DNA of 64,000 nt from Hyphomicrobiales bacterium (GCA_965247525.1 OZ252015.1:1567485-1631484); one strand, 5' to 3'. Positions 9,508-18,765 are shown, counted from the first letter of the stretch. Translations and numbers: made by a program. Notes: a model not told the origin generated them from the letters alone.

Positions 9508-9936
9508 TCAGATCTCGGGAAAGCGGAAAACGAAGCGCAGGCGGTTGCGCCACCACGGCACGAGCGAAACCTCCGCCACCGGATGGGACTCGATGGCGTG
9601 GATCATGCGATCAGCCGCGACGAGGATCGCGCAATGCTTGGCGGGCGCGTTGTCGTTTATGGTGAAGAGCAGGAGATCGCCTGGTTCGAAGGCATCCAGC
9701 GCCAGCGGGACCATGTGACGGCTGGCTGCATCGGCCAGTGTCTCCTCGCGCAGCGTCTCGGCCCAATCGCGCGAATAGGCGGGCGGGTGTTCGGGGTCGT
9801 CGCCATAAACCGCGCGCCAGACGCCACGCACGAGGCCAAGGCAATCGCAGCCGATCCCCTTGAGCGCCGCCTGATGGTGATAGGGCGTGCCGATCCAGGC
9901 GCGTGCCTCGGCGATGATGGTTTGTCGGATTGTCAT
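9508..9936 (-). CDS. NlpC/P60 family phage cell-wall peptidase (RcGTA g14-like)
   Basis: Cys motif GIGCDCLGLVRGVW and His motif AKHCAILV. Conserved gene order. Confidence 0.8.
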   Translation of the reverse strand: MTIRQTIIAEARAWIGTPYHHQAALKGIGCDCLGLVRGVWRAVYGDDPEHPPAYSRDWAETLREETLADAASRHMVPLALDAFEPGDLLLFTINDNAPAKHCAILVAADRMIHAIESHPVAEVSLVPWWRNRLRFVFRFPEI

Positions 9937-10820
9937 GTGATCTTGCCGCCGTCGTTCCCGGCGCCCTGGTTCGGATAAGACATCGCGAAGTCGGTGCCCG
10001 GCATGTGCGGGAAGCCGCCGAAATTGACCGTGTTGGCGAAGCGATCCCGGCAGGTGGCAAAGGTGCGGTCGCAGCCCGCTGTGGCGCTGAACGTGTCGCC
10101 GACTACCACCGGCGCGCCCATCGGCAGGGCAATGGCGATCCGTGAGACGCCAGCGCTGGAAGAGTGTGCCTTGATCTCGACTGCGAGGCCGTTGTTCACG
10201 CCGGAGGTCCAGACCAGCTTGCCGCGCGTGAGCACGCCTGACGCGACGCCGGAAAGGCCGGAGGCGAGGAATTCGAAGCTATCCAGAACCTGCGTCACCG
10301 CGCCAGTGCCGTTGCGCCCGGCCGCATTGAGGTCAATCCCGCAGCGCGCGTCGCCCAAATCCCAGGCGCAGGAGCGCTGGAAAATGCGGCCCGCCGGTTG
10401 ATCGAGCCTGGCGGCAAGGCCGCGCAATTCGGCGGAGAAGGCGAGCTTGCCGCGCGCGACCTGTCCGAGATTTCCGGCGCGCAGAATCACGCGCTGCACC
10501 ACGTCCGCCCAGTTCACCAGATAGATCGTGACGGCGGCGTCGTCGTAGCGCCCGCCGTGCAGATCGTCCTCGGTGAGCGCGTCAGACGACAGCGCGCCTT
10601 GCACATCGAGGTTCGAGACCGCCAATCCAAGCTGGCCCTCAATCGCCGTCGCGGTGAACCCCGACGCCGCCTTGTAGGTGACGGCATCGAAGACGAGATC
10701 GCGGTCGAAATCTGTAAAGCCCATCACCACTCCATCGCGTCGGTCCACCCGCCAGCAGCGGCACAGCGTCGTAAGCCCACCCGCAACGTGGGTTGCGAGC
10801 GCGGGAGGGAGAGTTTTCAT
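9933..10820 (-). CDS. DUF2163 domain phage protein (RcGTA g13-like)
   Basis: Motifs LTTLCRCWRVDRRDGVVMGFTDFDRDLVFD and C-terminal FGGFPHMPG. Overlapping stop/start codons with its neighbours. Confidence 0.8.
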   Translation of the reverse strand: MKTLPPALATHVAGGLTTLCRCWRVDRRDGVVMGFTDFDRDLVFDAVTYKAASGFTATAIEGQLGLAVSNLDVQGALSSDALTEDDLHGGRYDDAAVTIYLVNWADVVQRVILRAGNLGQVARGKLAFSAELRGLAARLDQPAGRIFQRSCAWDLGDARCGIDLNAAGRNGTGAVTQVLDSFEFLASGLSGVASGVLTRGKLVWTSGVNNGLAVEIKAHSSSAGVSRIAIALPMGAPVVVGDTFSATAGCDRTFATCRDRFANTVNFGGFPHMPGTDFAMSYPNQGAGNDGGKIT

Positions 10821-11410
10821 TCGAGGACTTCCACGAGGTCGATGTTGTTGACGATCTGCAAGTCCCAGGCGTTCGCCTGAACCGGCAGGCTGTCGGTGTC
10901 GAAACGGACGGGAACATCGAACTGGAACGAGGCGGTCGGTGCTGATCCCGGCGCGGAGGCGAAGGTGATCCGGCCCGTCAGCGTATCGATTGCGGTGGGC
11001 GTAACCGGGCTTCCGGCAATCTTGACAGTAACCGATCCGGCAACCGGCTTGGTGATCGTGCGGACGTGCTCATAGCCTGAGCGGTTGTAGCGCTTGACGA
11101 TCTGCCAGACGGTCGGTGTGATTTGCACCATCGCCTGATCGGCGGCGTCGAAATCGTTCCAGTCCTTGAAGCGGAACGAATAGGCCCGGCCCTTCACGAC
11201 ATGGAAATGGGCGATCACCGCCGCCATGTCGGCGCGGCTGCGAATGCCGGTCGAAATGTTCCAGCGGCCTCGGGCTTGCGACCAGTTGACGTTGCGCTGC
11301 TCAGCGCCCGACGCGAGCGTGACGATCTGGGTCGAAAACCCCGGCCCGCCGGTCGCGCCACGCCCGACAGAGCCGGGGAAGGCGATGTCGAGAAACGGTT
11401 GCGGCATCAC
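10817..11410 (-). CDS. DUF2460 domain phage protein (RcGTA g12-like distal tail protein)
   Basis: N-terminal FLDIAFPGSVGRGATGGPGFSTQIV is typical of this family. Translationally coupled to its neighbours. Confidence 0.8.
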   Translation of the reverse strand: MMPQPFLDIAFPGSVGRGATGGPGFSTQIVTLASGAEQRNVNWSQARGRWNISTGIRSRADMAAVIAHFHVVKGRAYSFRFKDWNDFDAADQAMVQITPTVWQIVKRYNRSGYEHVRTITKPVAGSVTVKIAGSPVTPTAIDTLTGRITFASAPGSAPTASFQFDVPVRFDTDSLPVQANAWDLQIVNNIDLVEVLE

Positions 11411-14400
11411 ATCCCTCGCATGCCGGAGCGAACGGCGCGGGCGAGCCCTGCCGCGATCTGGGTGCGGCTGGCGTCGAAGGCGGTCGGGTTCGGCGTCTGG
11501 ATCGTGACGTTGACGACCGCACCGCTGGATCGCGGATCTCCGCGTTCATACGCGCGCGCCTCCTTGCGGTTCAGCACGCGCTCGCCGCGTTGCAGGATCG
11601 CCGGCACCTCGTCGGGCTTGAGATAGGCGCCGTCATGGAAACGCGGCGCCGCGGCGAAGACGCCTGCCGGAACCATGCGGCCGACGCCGCCCGCGCCGAC
11701 GAGCCCGCCCTCGTGGAACAGCCGCGAGAAGATGCTTCCGAGGATGCCGCTGCCTTGCCCGAAGGTCGGCAGGTTCGAGCCAAAGAGCAGGTTCTTCAGA
11801 GGATTGAGGAGCGCGAGCTTGATCATCTCGCGGTTCAGATCCTGAAGCGCGAGGCGTCCTGCATCGGCCCATGATTTCCAGTCGAGTTTGCCCTGCGCCA
11901 GCACGTCGGCGAAGCGATCCAGCGCGGACCCGACGGCGGACTCAATGGCGCGATAGGCGGCGTCCTGCCGCTGAAGCTCCTGCGTCAGGCGTTCGATCTT
12001 GCCGGCGTTTTCGACGATGGCGCGGCCTTCCTCGCTCGCAAGATCGATCCCGCGCGAGCGCAAGCCTTGCTCGGCGCGCAGCTGGGCGATGATGACGGAA
12101 CGCTCGGACGCACTTTGGCCGATCAGCCCGATCTGGCGTTGCAGAAGAGTGATTTCGTCCTTCTGGTCTTCGACCGCTTGGCGACCGGCAAGCTGGCGAT
12201 TGAGTTCGTCGATCCGCCGGGCATTGCCGATGGCAGATTGCCCTTCCGGGCTTGCCGCATCGATCCCGCGCTGGCGCAATTGCTGGATAGCGCGAAGGGT
12301 TGCCAGTTCCTCGGAGCGCTTGGCGACGGATGCGCCAACAAGCGTGACCTGCCGTTCTAGCAGTGTGATCTCGTCGCGCTGATCGCGAAGCTGTTCCTGG
12401 CCGCGCAGCGTCCGGTTCAGGCCTTCGATCTGGCGGCCAGACTCGATATAGGCGCGGGCCTCCTCGCTCGCGAGATCGACGCCGCGGCGGCGAAGCTCCT
12501 GTTCGGCGCGCATCACGGCCAGCGCATCGCCGCGCGCTGCGACGGTCGCATTGATCAGCGCCACCTGCCGCGTGAGAAGTTCGACCTCGCGGCGGCGATC
12601 CTCGTTTGCGGATAGGGTCTGCGCGCGTTCCTGTTCGACGAAGAGCCGACCATAGGCTTCGCGCATCCGCTCGATGATGCGGGTGAGGGTTTCCTTCGCT
12701 TCGCCCTCGGCCAGCGCCTGGGCCGTCAGGAGCGGGCGAAGCGCCTGCTCCACCTGCATCACCTGCTGGGCCTTGGCCGAAGCCAGCGAGCCAGCTGCGA
12801 CCGCATCGTTGACGCGCTTCTGCGCGGACGCTTCCGCTGTCAGATCGGTAACCTGCTTTCCCGCTTGCGCGGCTCGTTCGGCGATGCGTTCGCGCAGCGC
12901 CTGGCGCACACGGGCTTCGGCATCGATGCCTTCGCGCGCCTGATCGATCAGGCCGGTCTTGCGGGCTTCGGCGCGCTCGGCCGCCGAGGCGCTTTCGAGA
13001 TAGGCGTTGGCCAGGGCCAGCGTCGAACGGATCGACACCTCCGTGACCGAGGATTGCGTGACGACGGCCTGCGTGGCTGCATCGACCGCCGGTCGGAAGC
13101 GGGCCAGTTCAGCCGTCACGCGCCGATAGGCGGCTTCGACTTCGGCGACATCGGCAAGCTTGGAGCGCGAAAGGGGATCATCAAGCGCCGCGCGCAAGGT
13201 CGCCTGTTCGCGGCGCAAACGTTCGAGATCGCGCGCGCCGGGAATGATATCGCGGGCGGTTTCACCGGCGCGCACCGAAAGTTCGTTCGCCCGCGCTTCT
13301 GCGGCGAGTCGAGCAGCGCGCTGCTGCTGATCGGCAAGCTGGGCTTCGATCTCGGCGATCCGACGCTCGACCTGCGGCAGCATCAGCGGCACGACATTGC
13401 CGCGGATGTTCTCGCGCAGACGGTCGCGCTGCCATTTCAGGAGATCGAGTTCTTCGGACGGATTGCGGCCATCGACCGCGCGATCCACCGCCTTGCCGAT
13501 GGCGTCAAAGGCGTTCGAGGCCTGCCGGGCGACATAGTTCCAGGCGCGTCCAAAGGCGTTGGTCGCCTGTTCGGCGTCGGCAAGCGCCGGCACGAGCGCG
13601 TTCAATAGAACCCGCTGCGCCTCGGTGCGATTGTTCTGGTCAACCAGCGTGCGGATATACTGCCGCGTCCGGTCGTCGAGAAAGGCGAGGCGGGAATTCA
13701 GCTCGTCGGCGCCGCGCACCGGATCGGCCAGGGCGGTTGCAAGCTGCTCGGCTCCGGCCTTGGTTTCGACGCCCATCGTGACGGCGAAGTTTCGGGCGAT
13801 GCCGATGGCGCGGCCCATTTCTTCCGCGCCGACCTTGCCGGTGCGCAGGAAGGCGACTTCCATTTCGCGCGCGGCGGTGACCGAGACCTTGCCTGTAACG
13901 CTCGATGCCTGGGCAACCCGCTCAAGCTCGGCGGCGGTCGCGCCCGAAGCGCGCCCAGCGCCCATCAGCGCGGTGGTGACAGCGCGCGTTGAGGCGTCAT
14001 TCGCCACCCAGGCGGCGGTGAGTCCGATGACCGCCGCCGCAACCCCGATCGCGATCCCACCGACCACGCCGAGCGCCGAGCCGAAAGCGGCCAGCGTTCC
14101 GCGCAAGCCGCCAAAGGCCTGTGTCACCTGACCTCCCTGCTGCATGAGGATGGTCATCGGCGACATGCCGGTCGACATCGACGCCACCACGTCGTTGAAC
14201 GTGTATTGCAGCGTCAGAAGCTGATTGCGTGTGAGGCCGGCTGCGCCGCCCACACCCTTGATCGCCTGCGTTGTCTGGTCGAAGCGCTGCTTCGCCAGCG
14301 CCTGCGCGGCGGTATGTTCGGCAGACGTGATCGCCCCACGCTTGGCAAGCGTGGCGTATTCGGCGAGTTCCTGGTTGAGGCGGGCCTGTGCCGCGCCGAG

Positions 14401-14754
14401 AGGATCGAGTGCGGCGCGCAGTGCATTCGCCCGTGCCGCGAAGCTTTCCGCCTCCCGCGTCGCTTCCTCGAAGACACCGGCGGAGTCGCGGGCGGATTTC
14501 GGGATCGGGCGGTCAACGTTCAGAACGGTGTTGAACCGCTTCTGCGAAGCGTCGGCTTCGCCGGCCATGCGCGCGGCTTCGGCCAGACGCTTCAGCCGCG
14601 CGACCTCGCGGTCGGTTGCGGCGCCGGAACGGTCCATCGCCTTTTCGACCGAGCCGAAGGCCGCTTGCCCGGATTGGCCGACCTCCTCGAAGGCGCGCTT
14701 GATCTCCGCCTTCCCCTCAACGCCGAGGCGGATGGAGACGTTGGTGGCGCTCAT
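11407..14754 (-). CDS. Tail tape measure protein
   Basis: 1115 aa, Ala/Arg/Glu-rich helical protein with a central TM-like GG-rich block. It lies downstream of the G/GT chaperone pair. Confidence 0.85.
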   Translation of the reverse strand: MSATNVSIRLGVEGKAEIKRAFEEVGQSGQAAFGSVEKAMDRSGAATDREVARLKRLAEAARMAGEADASQKRFNTVLNVDRPIPKSARDSAGVFEEATREAESFAARANALRAALDPLGAAQARLNQELAEYATLAKRGAITSAEHTAAQALAKQRFDQTTQAIKGVGGAAGLTRNQLLTLQYTFNDVVASMSTGMSPMTILMQQGGQVTQAFGGLRGTLAAFGSALGVVGGIAIGVAAAVIGLTAAWVANDASTRAVTTALMGAGRASGATAAELERVAQASSVTGKVSVTAAREMEVAFLRTGKVGAEEMGRAIGIARNFAVTMGVETKAGAEQLATALADPVRGADELNSRLAFLDDRTRQYIRTLVDQNNRTEAQRVLLNALVPALADAEQATNAFGRAWNYVARQASNAFDAIGKAVDRAVDGRNPSEELDLLKWQRDRLRENIRGNVVPLMLPQVERRIAEIEAQLADQQQRAARLAAEARANELSVRAGETARDIIPGARDLERLRREQATLRAALDDPLSRSKLADVAEVEAAYRRVTAELARFRPAVDAATQAVVTQSSVTEVSIRSTLALANAYLESASAAERAEARKTGLIDQAREGIDAEARVRQALRERIAERAAQAGKQVTDLTAEASAQKRVNDAVAAGSLASAKAQQVMQVEQALRPLLTAQALAEGEAKETLTRIIERMREAYGRLFVEQERAQTLSANEDRRREVELLTRQVALINATVAARGDALAVMRAEQELRRRGVDLASEEARAYIESGRQIEGLNRTLRGQEQLRDQRDEITLLERQVTLVGASVAKRSEELATLRAIQQLRQRGIDAASPEGQSAIGNARRIDELNRQLAGRQAVEDQKDEITLLQRQIGLIGQSASERSVIIAQLRAEQGLRSRGIDLASEEGRAIVENAGKIERLTQELQRQDAAYRAIESAVGSALDRFADVLAQGKLDWKSWADAGRLALQDLNREMIKLALLNPLKNLLFGSNLPTFGQGSGILGSIFSRLFHEGGLVGAGGVGRMVPAGVFAAAPRFHDGAYLKPDEVPAILQRGERVLNRKEARAYERGDPRSSGAVVNVTIQTPNPTAFDASRTQIAAGLARAVRSGMRGM
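11947..12594 (-). repeat. Three tandem ~72-aa (~216-nt) repeats inside the tape measure gene
   Basis: The unit (R/K)(D/E)E(I/V)xLLxRQ(V/I)xL(I/V)...LRxRG(I/V)DxASxEG/A... occurs three times consecutively. Boundaries were estimated by counting residues back from the C-terminus. Confidence 0.6.
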
Positions 14755-15071
14755 GATGGATCAGCGTTCCGGCGATAGGCGTTGACGACGATGGGTTCGA
14801 TCTCGGGCAGTACATCGACGAGAAGCGGGTTCAGCGCGCCCATGGCGTGGGCGAGCATCAGGATCGACCCGAAATCGAGCGCATAGACGCCGCCCATCAC
14901 CGCCCGAACCTGGCCAGCCGAACGGCGGATCACTGCCCACGCCAGCATTCCCTCGGAAGTCTCGGGTTCGTGCTCATCATAGGGACAGCCCGCACAGCGC
15001 AGCGGACAGGCGGCGCAATAGCTTTCGCCGCCGTCGAAGTGCCATTCGGCGAGGGCGATCAGACGTTTTTT
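14751..15071 (-). CDS. Frameshift extension (T part) of the tail assembly chaperone GT fusion
   Basis: The -1 frame is open from the slippery site to the stop at 14751 and runs into listed ORF 14751..14948 (MLAWAVIRR...). I translated the junction by hand. Confidence 0.7.
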   Translation of the reverse strand, partial: KKRLIALAEWHFDGGESYCAACPLRCAGCPYDEHEPETSEGMLAWAVIRRSAGQVRAVMGGVYALDFGSILMLAHAMGALNPLLVDVLPEIEPIVVNAYRRNADPS

Positions 15072-15415
15072 TCGTCGAGCCTCGTCAGCGCCGGGCCGAC
15101 ATAGAGGCGGTCGATGGCGTCGAAGGCGGGCCAGAGTTCAAGCAATTGCTCGATGGCCTCATTGTCGGGGTCAACCGGCTTGCCCTTGGCGTCGCCGATA
15201 CCCTCCCAGGCGACAATTCCGGTATGAGCGAGCGCGCGGGTGAAGGCCGCGCCCGCCTCGATCGTGGCCTGTTCGCCGCCAGTTTTCAGCGCTTCGCCCG
15301 CAGCGCCGCGCGCGATCAGCATTGCGGCGACCGAGACGGGGCGGAACTGGATGCGCACGCCGGGCAGCACATCGAGCCAGAAGGGTTCGGCGGACACGGG
15401 TTCGAGCTTGAGCAT
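15059..15415 (-). CDS. Tail assembly chaperone (gpG-like)
   Basis: 118 aa between the tail tube and tape measure genes. It ends ...LDEKNV* with the slippery heptamer 2 codons before the stop. Confidence 0.75.
   Translation of the reverse strand: MLKLEPVSAEPFWLDVLPGVRIQFRPVSVAAMLIARGAAGEALKTGGEQATIEAGAAFTRALAHTGIVAWEGIGDAKGKPVDPDNEAIEQLLELWPAFDAIDRLYVGPALTRLDEKNV
15065..15071 (-). promoter_or_regulatory. Programmed -1 ribosomal frameshift slippery heptamer A_AAA_AAC
   Basis: The minus strand reads GAC GAA AAA AAC GTC TGA. This is X_XXY_YYZ in the zero frame, at the canonical G/GT position. Confidence 0.7.
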
Positions 15416-15457
15416 GGTGGCTCCTTGGTTTGGGTGGCGATTTCGGGGAAGGAAAGA

Positions 15458-16729
15458 TCAGTAGGAGGCCACGTCGTTGGTCAGAACGACGGTGCAGGTC
15501 TTGGTCAGGACCGGATCGAGCGCAGCCTGCCAGGCGAAGGGCATTTGGATGCCGCCCGGCCCCTGAATTTGCCGGTTGCCGCGCGGCAGGAACACGCGGT
15601 GCGCGGTGAAGAGCAATGAGCGGCTGGCGTCGATGGTCCAGCCGAAGGCGATCTCGCAGGGCGTGCGGGCGGTCGCCTGATCAAGCAGGCTCGTGTCCTG
15701 AAACCGCGCATTGAGATTGCCCGAGCATTTGACGATACCGGGATCGATATCTGCGATGCGCCCGTCGGATCGAATGACCTCGATCTTTTCGAGGTTGTTC
15801 GAATACATCAGTTCCGCAGAAACGATGTTGCCGAGCACCGCGCCGTTGCGGGTGATCGACCCCTGAAACTGGCTGAACCGCTCGACATCGAGAACGGTCG
15901 GCGTGCCTGCCGCCGTCGCTGTGGCGGTCGCTTCGCCTTGGGCGATCACGTTGACCGTCGCGGACAGAAGCCCGGAACGCTGCGCCTGGACGGACAGGCT
16001 GTTCGCCCGCGCGCCATAGTTCATGCCGAAGAACGGCACGTCGGGAAGGCCGACTTCGATCGACATCGACGGCAGATTCTGCGTGCCCGACACGAAGGAG
16101 TGGCCGTTCGCGCCGCCGGAGAGCGTTGCGCCCGAGACCGTGCCGTTCGAGGCGGGCGTGGTGGAAGCCGCGAGGGTGAACGTATTGCCAGTCGGGCCGA
16201 GCACGGTGCGGGTGATCACCAGCGTGTTGCCGCCGGTCTGGGTATAGGTTGCCTGCTGAACGGCCGGCACAACGCTCGCGCTGAGTACGGTCACGATGTT
16301 GGTCAGCGTCGCGGCGAGGTTCGCGCCGATGTTGAACTGGTTGCCGGTCGCGCCGGAGGCGACGGCAGTGAACGCCGTGCCGCTGATGGTGATCGTCGCG
16401 TTCACGGCGGGCTGCGCCGAGAATAGGATCGAGCCCTTTGCGGCGACCGTCGCAACCGTGGTCGGATTGCCGAAAAGACCCTTCAGCCAGAACCCGATGT
16501 TGCGGTGATCCATCGGAACGACGATGTCGCTCTCGTTCGACACCACGTCATAGGCGGGCGTCAGCGGATCGCGGCCATAGCCGAGGAGATCGCTCTCGAT
16601 CAGGGATTGCTCTTCGCCGAGGTTGGCCGAGACGAAGGGCAGCTTGCGAAAGCCCGTGCCGGGCGTGACGCCATAGGTGGCTTCAAACACCGCAGCCATG
16701 ACGGCGTTGGCGCCGCGTGCGCGTGCCAT
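15458..16729 (-). CDS. Major tail (tube) protein with a large central insertion
   Basis: It occupies the position upstream of the chaperone. 423 aa, with a Thr/Ala/Gly-rich central segment. Confidence 0.6.
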   Translation of the reverse strand: MARARGANAVMAAVFEATYGVTPGTGFRKLPFVSANLGEEQSLIESDLLGYGRDPLTPAYDVVSNESDIVVPMDHRNIGFWLKGLFGNPTTVATVAAKGSILFSAQPAVNATITISGTAFTAVASGATGNQFNIGANLAATLTNIVTVLSASVVPAVQQATYTQTGGNTLVITRTVLGPTGNTFTLAASTTPASNGTVSGATLSGGANGHSFVSGTQNLPSMSIEVGLPDVPFFGMNYGARANSLSVQAQRSGLLSATVNVIAQGEATATATAAGTPTVLDVERFSQFQGSITRNGAVLGNIVSAELMYSNNLEKIEVIRSDGRIADIDPGIVKCSGNLNARFQDTSLLDQATARTPCEIAFGWTIDASRSLLFTAHRVFLPRGNRQIQGPGGIQMPFAWQAALDPVLTKTCTVVLTNDVASY

Positions 16730-16792
16730 GGGAATACTCCTGTCGTTGTTGGTTCAGTTGCAAAGGCCCAAGCGAAGTCGAAGGGCCGTCGA

Positions 16793-17227
16793 TCAGTTCA
16801 ACGGATCGGTCGTCGCGTAGACGGCGAGGATCGCGAGATCGGCGAAGCGTCCGGGCAAGGCGCCGAGCGCTTCGATATCGTCCGTCACCGGCGCTTCTGC
16901 TTCGATCCAGTCGCAAAGCCCGCCGAGCGTCCGGTTCCCCGTGACCGCCGCGCCGATCGCCCCTAGCATGGCGTCCACAACCTGTTCGCGGGTGAGCGTC
17001 GCGCTCTCAAAGGCGGCGATCTCAAGCGGGATGCGGTGCGAATAGAGATAGGTCAGTGGCGAGAGGCTGACCTCCGGTTCGCCCGGATCGCCGTCGCGGA
17101 TCACGACCAGCCCGCCGGGCGGAATGCGTTCGGCTTTGGCCAGATTGCGCTTCACTTCCGCGCCCGGCAGGGCAGCGGCGACAAGCGCCTTCACTGCCGC
17201 AAGGACGGTTTCGCGTTTCGAAGCCAT
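16793..17227 (-). CDS. Tail terminator / tail completion-like protein
   Basis: 144 aa, immediately upstream of the tail tube gene. Assigned by position and size only. Confidence 0.45.
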   Translation of the reverse strand: MASKRETVLAAVKALVAAALPGAEVKRNLAKAERIPPGGLVVIRDGDPGEPEVSLSPLTYLYSHRIPLEIAAFESATLTREQVVDAMLGAIGAAVTGNRTLGGLCDWIEAEAPVTDDIEALGALPGRFADLAILAVYATTDPLN

Positions 17228-17240
17228 GGATGACGAGCTT

Positions 17241-17873
17241 TCAGGATTGCGGCCAGTGCCGCGCGATCAGCGAGGGCACGCGCGCGGCTTGCCGCTTGGC
17301 AGCGCTCTCGACATCGAGCCGCTTCTTCAGCGCGACCTGCGGAACTAAAATGAACACGATGACGCTGGCCTGTCCGGTCTTGCGGCGATTGCGGGCGGCA
17401 AGCCCGCGCGTGTTTATCCGGGCATCATCCGCGACCAGCAGCGAAGGACGGCCGCGGCGATAGACGAACCGAAGCTTCAGGCCGGTTCGCCGCCGCCAGC
17501 CTTCTGGCGTGATCTTTTCGCGCGAGCCAACGGCACTCCGTCCGCTCTTGCCGGCGGCGGCGGTCGGGATCGCCAGGAACAGGCCGCGTGCCGAGCGGAT
17601 CATCACGCCCCGGTCAAAGGCATCGACGATCTTCGGCGCGCGCGACCAGACGTAGGCTGCGGCCTCGGCACTCTCGCCCACCTCGGGGAAGGTCTTTCCC
17701 CGCCATGTCCGCGACAGCCGTTCACCGAGCCCGGCCGCGACGACATCTTCGCGGAGATCCTGCTTCAGGCCATCAGCAGCGTCGCGCATCCCCGACGTGA
17801 CAGCGCGTTCGATATCCTTCTCGGTTTCAGCAAGCGCTTTGCCGAGATCGGGACGCTGGATGGTGAAGCGCAT
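17241..17873 (-). CDS. Phage neck / head-tail adaptor-like protein (hypothetical)
   Basis: 210 aa between the connector genes and the tail terminator. Positional assignment only. Confidence 0.4.
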   Translation of the reverse strand: MRFTIQRPDLGKALAETEKDIERAVTSGMRDAADGLKQDLREDVVAAGLGERLSRTWRGKTFPEVGESAEAAAYVWSRAPKIVDAFDRGVMIRSARGLFLAIPTAAAGKSGRSAVGSREKITPEGWRRRTGLKLRFVYRRGRPSLLVADDARINTRGLAARNRRKTGQASVIVFILVPQVALKKRLDVESAAKRQAARVPSLIARHWPQS

Positions 17874-17927
17874 TGAATACGGCGTCAGTTAGATTGATTG
17901 TTGTGCCCGGCTGGCCTAGCTCGATTT

Positions 17928-18728
17928 CTATATGGATTGTTGGTCAAGCCATGTCCGAACATGCTCAATTCGATAGACCAAGAGCGACTTTGTCTTCGTA
18001 TCCCAACGGCGGAGCAATCCGGTTACTACGGCGTCCAGTGGGGTCCAATTTCGGCCACTTGCAACTGTTTCAAGATAGCGGGTGTTCCAGACAAGTGATC
18101 CGCTGAAACCGCCCGGATCGTCATACTTGATCGAGGATCTGATTTCGTCTGGGGTTCCTTCAATGAAGGCTGTTTGTTGAGGTTCCCAGAACATCTCGAA
18201 AATCGATTCGTCGCCGGAGCCAAGAATTTCTTGCGAGCAATATCCGGTCGCCTTGGCTTCATACGTGCCGAATGCATGATTTGCATTCTCGTTCGCAAAG
18301 CCTCTAAAGAAAAGTAGTTCAGCTTGTTCGCTCACATGGTGGTTTGTGGCAAAATCCTCGTAAGAAATTGCTGCAGCTCTGTGTGCTTTGGCCGTCCAGA
18401 CGTTGCTGCCCAGTGGGGCAAATGCGATGTCGATCGGATGTGCCTGTGCGGTCCATGGACCGGGATGTTTATAAACTTCAAGCGCCCCATTGAAGCTGAA
18501 AGACAGCGGAGCGAACTTCGCGACGTGTTCGCATGTGAGTATGAAGACGCGGCAACCTCGTTGCACATACGAGCCACTTCCCTGAAAGATAGCTGCCTTT
18601 TCAGTTTCCTGAAATAGAAACGTGCCAAACTGACGTGTATGTTCAAGCATTGCGTCAGTTACATGATTGATGACGCTCATCCATTCGCTTTGATTCACTG
18701 TATCTTGTCCTGGGAAAAGGATGGCCAA
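17928..18728 (-). CDS. Trypsin/chymotrypsin-fold serine protease (AT-richer moron)
   Basis: A His-Asp-Ser triad is present in the canonical order and spacing: FILTCEHVA, HPIDIAF, DPGGFSGSLVW. TTG start. Composition is clearly AT-richer than both flanks. Confidence 0.6.
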   Translation of the reverse strand: MAILFPGQDTVNQSEWMSVINHVTDAMLEHTRQFGTFLFQETEKAAIFQGSGSYVQRGCRVFILTCEHVAKFAPLSFSFNGALEVYKHPGPWTAQAHPIDIAFAPLGSNVWTAKAHRAAAISYEDFATNHHVSEQAELLFFRGFANENANHAFGTYEAKATGYCSQEILGSGDESIFEMFWEPQQTAFIEGTPDEIRSSIKYDDPGGFSGSLVWNTRYLETVASGRNWTPLDAVVTGLLRRWDTKTKSLLVYRIEHVRTWLDQQSI

Positions 18729-18765
18729 CGCCGCATTCCAAATAGATGGAGAGCTTCACCTCATT

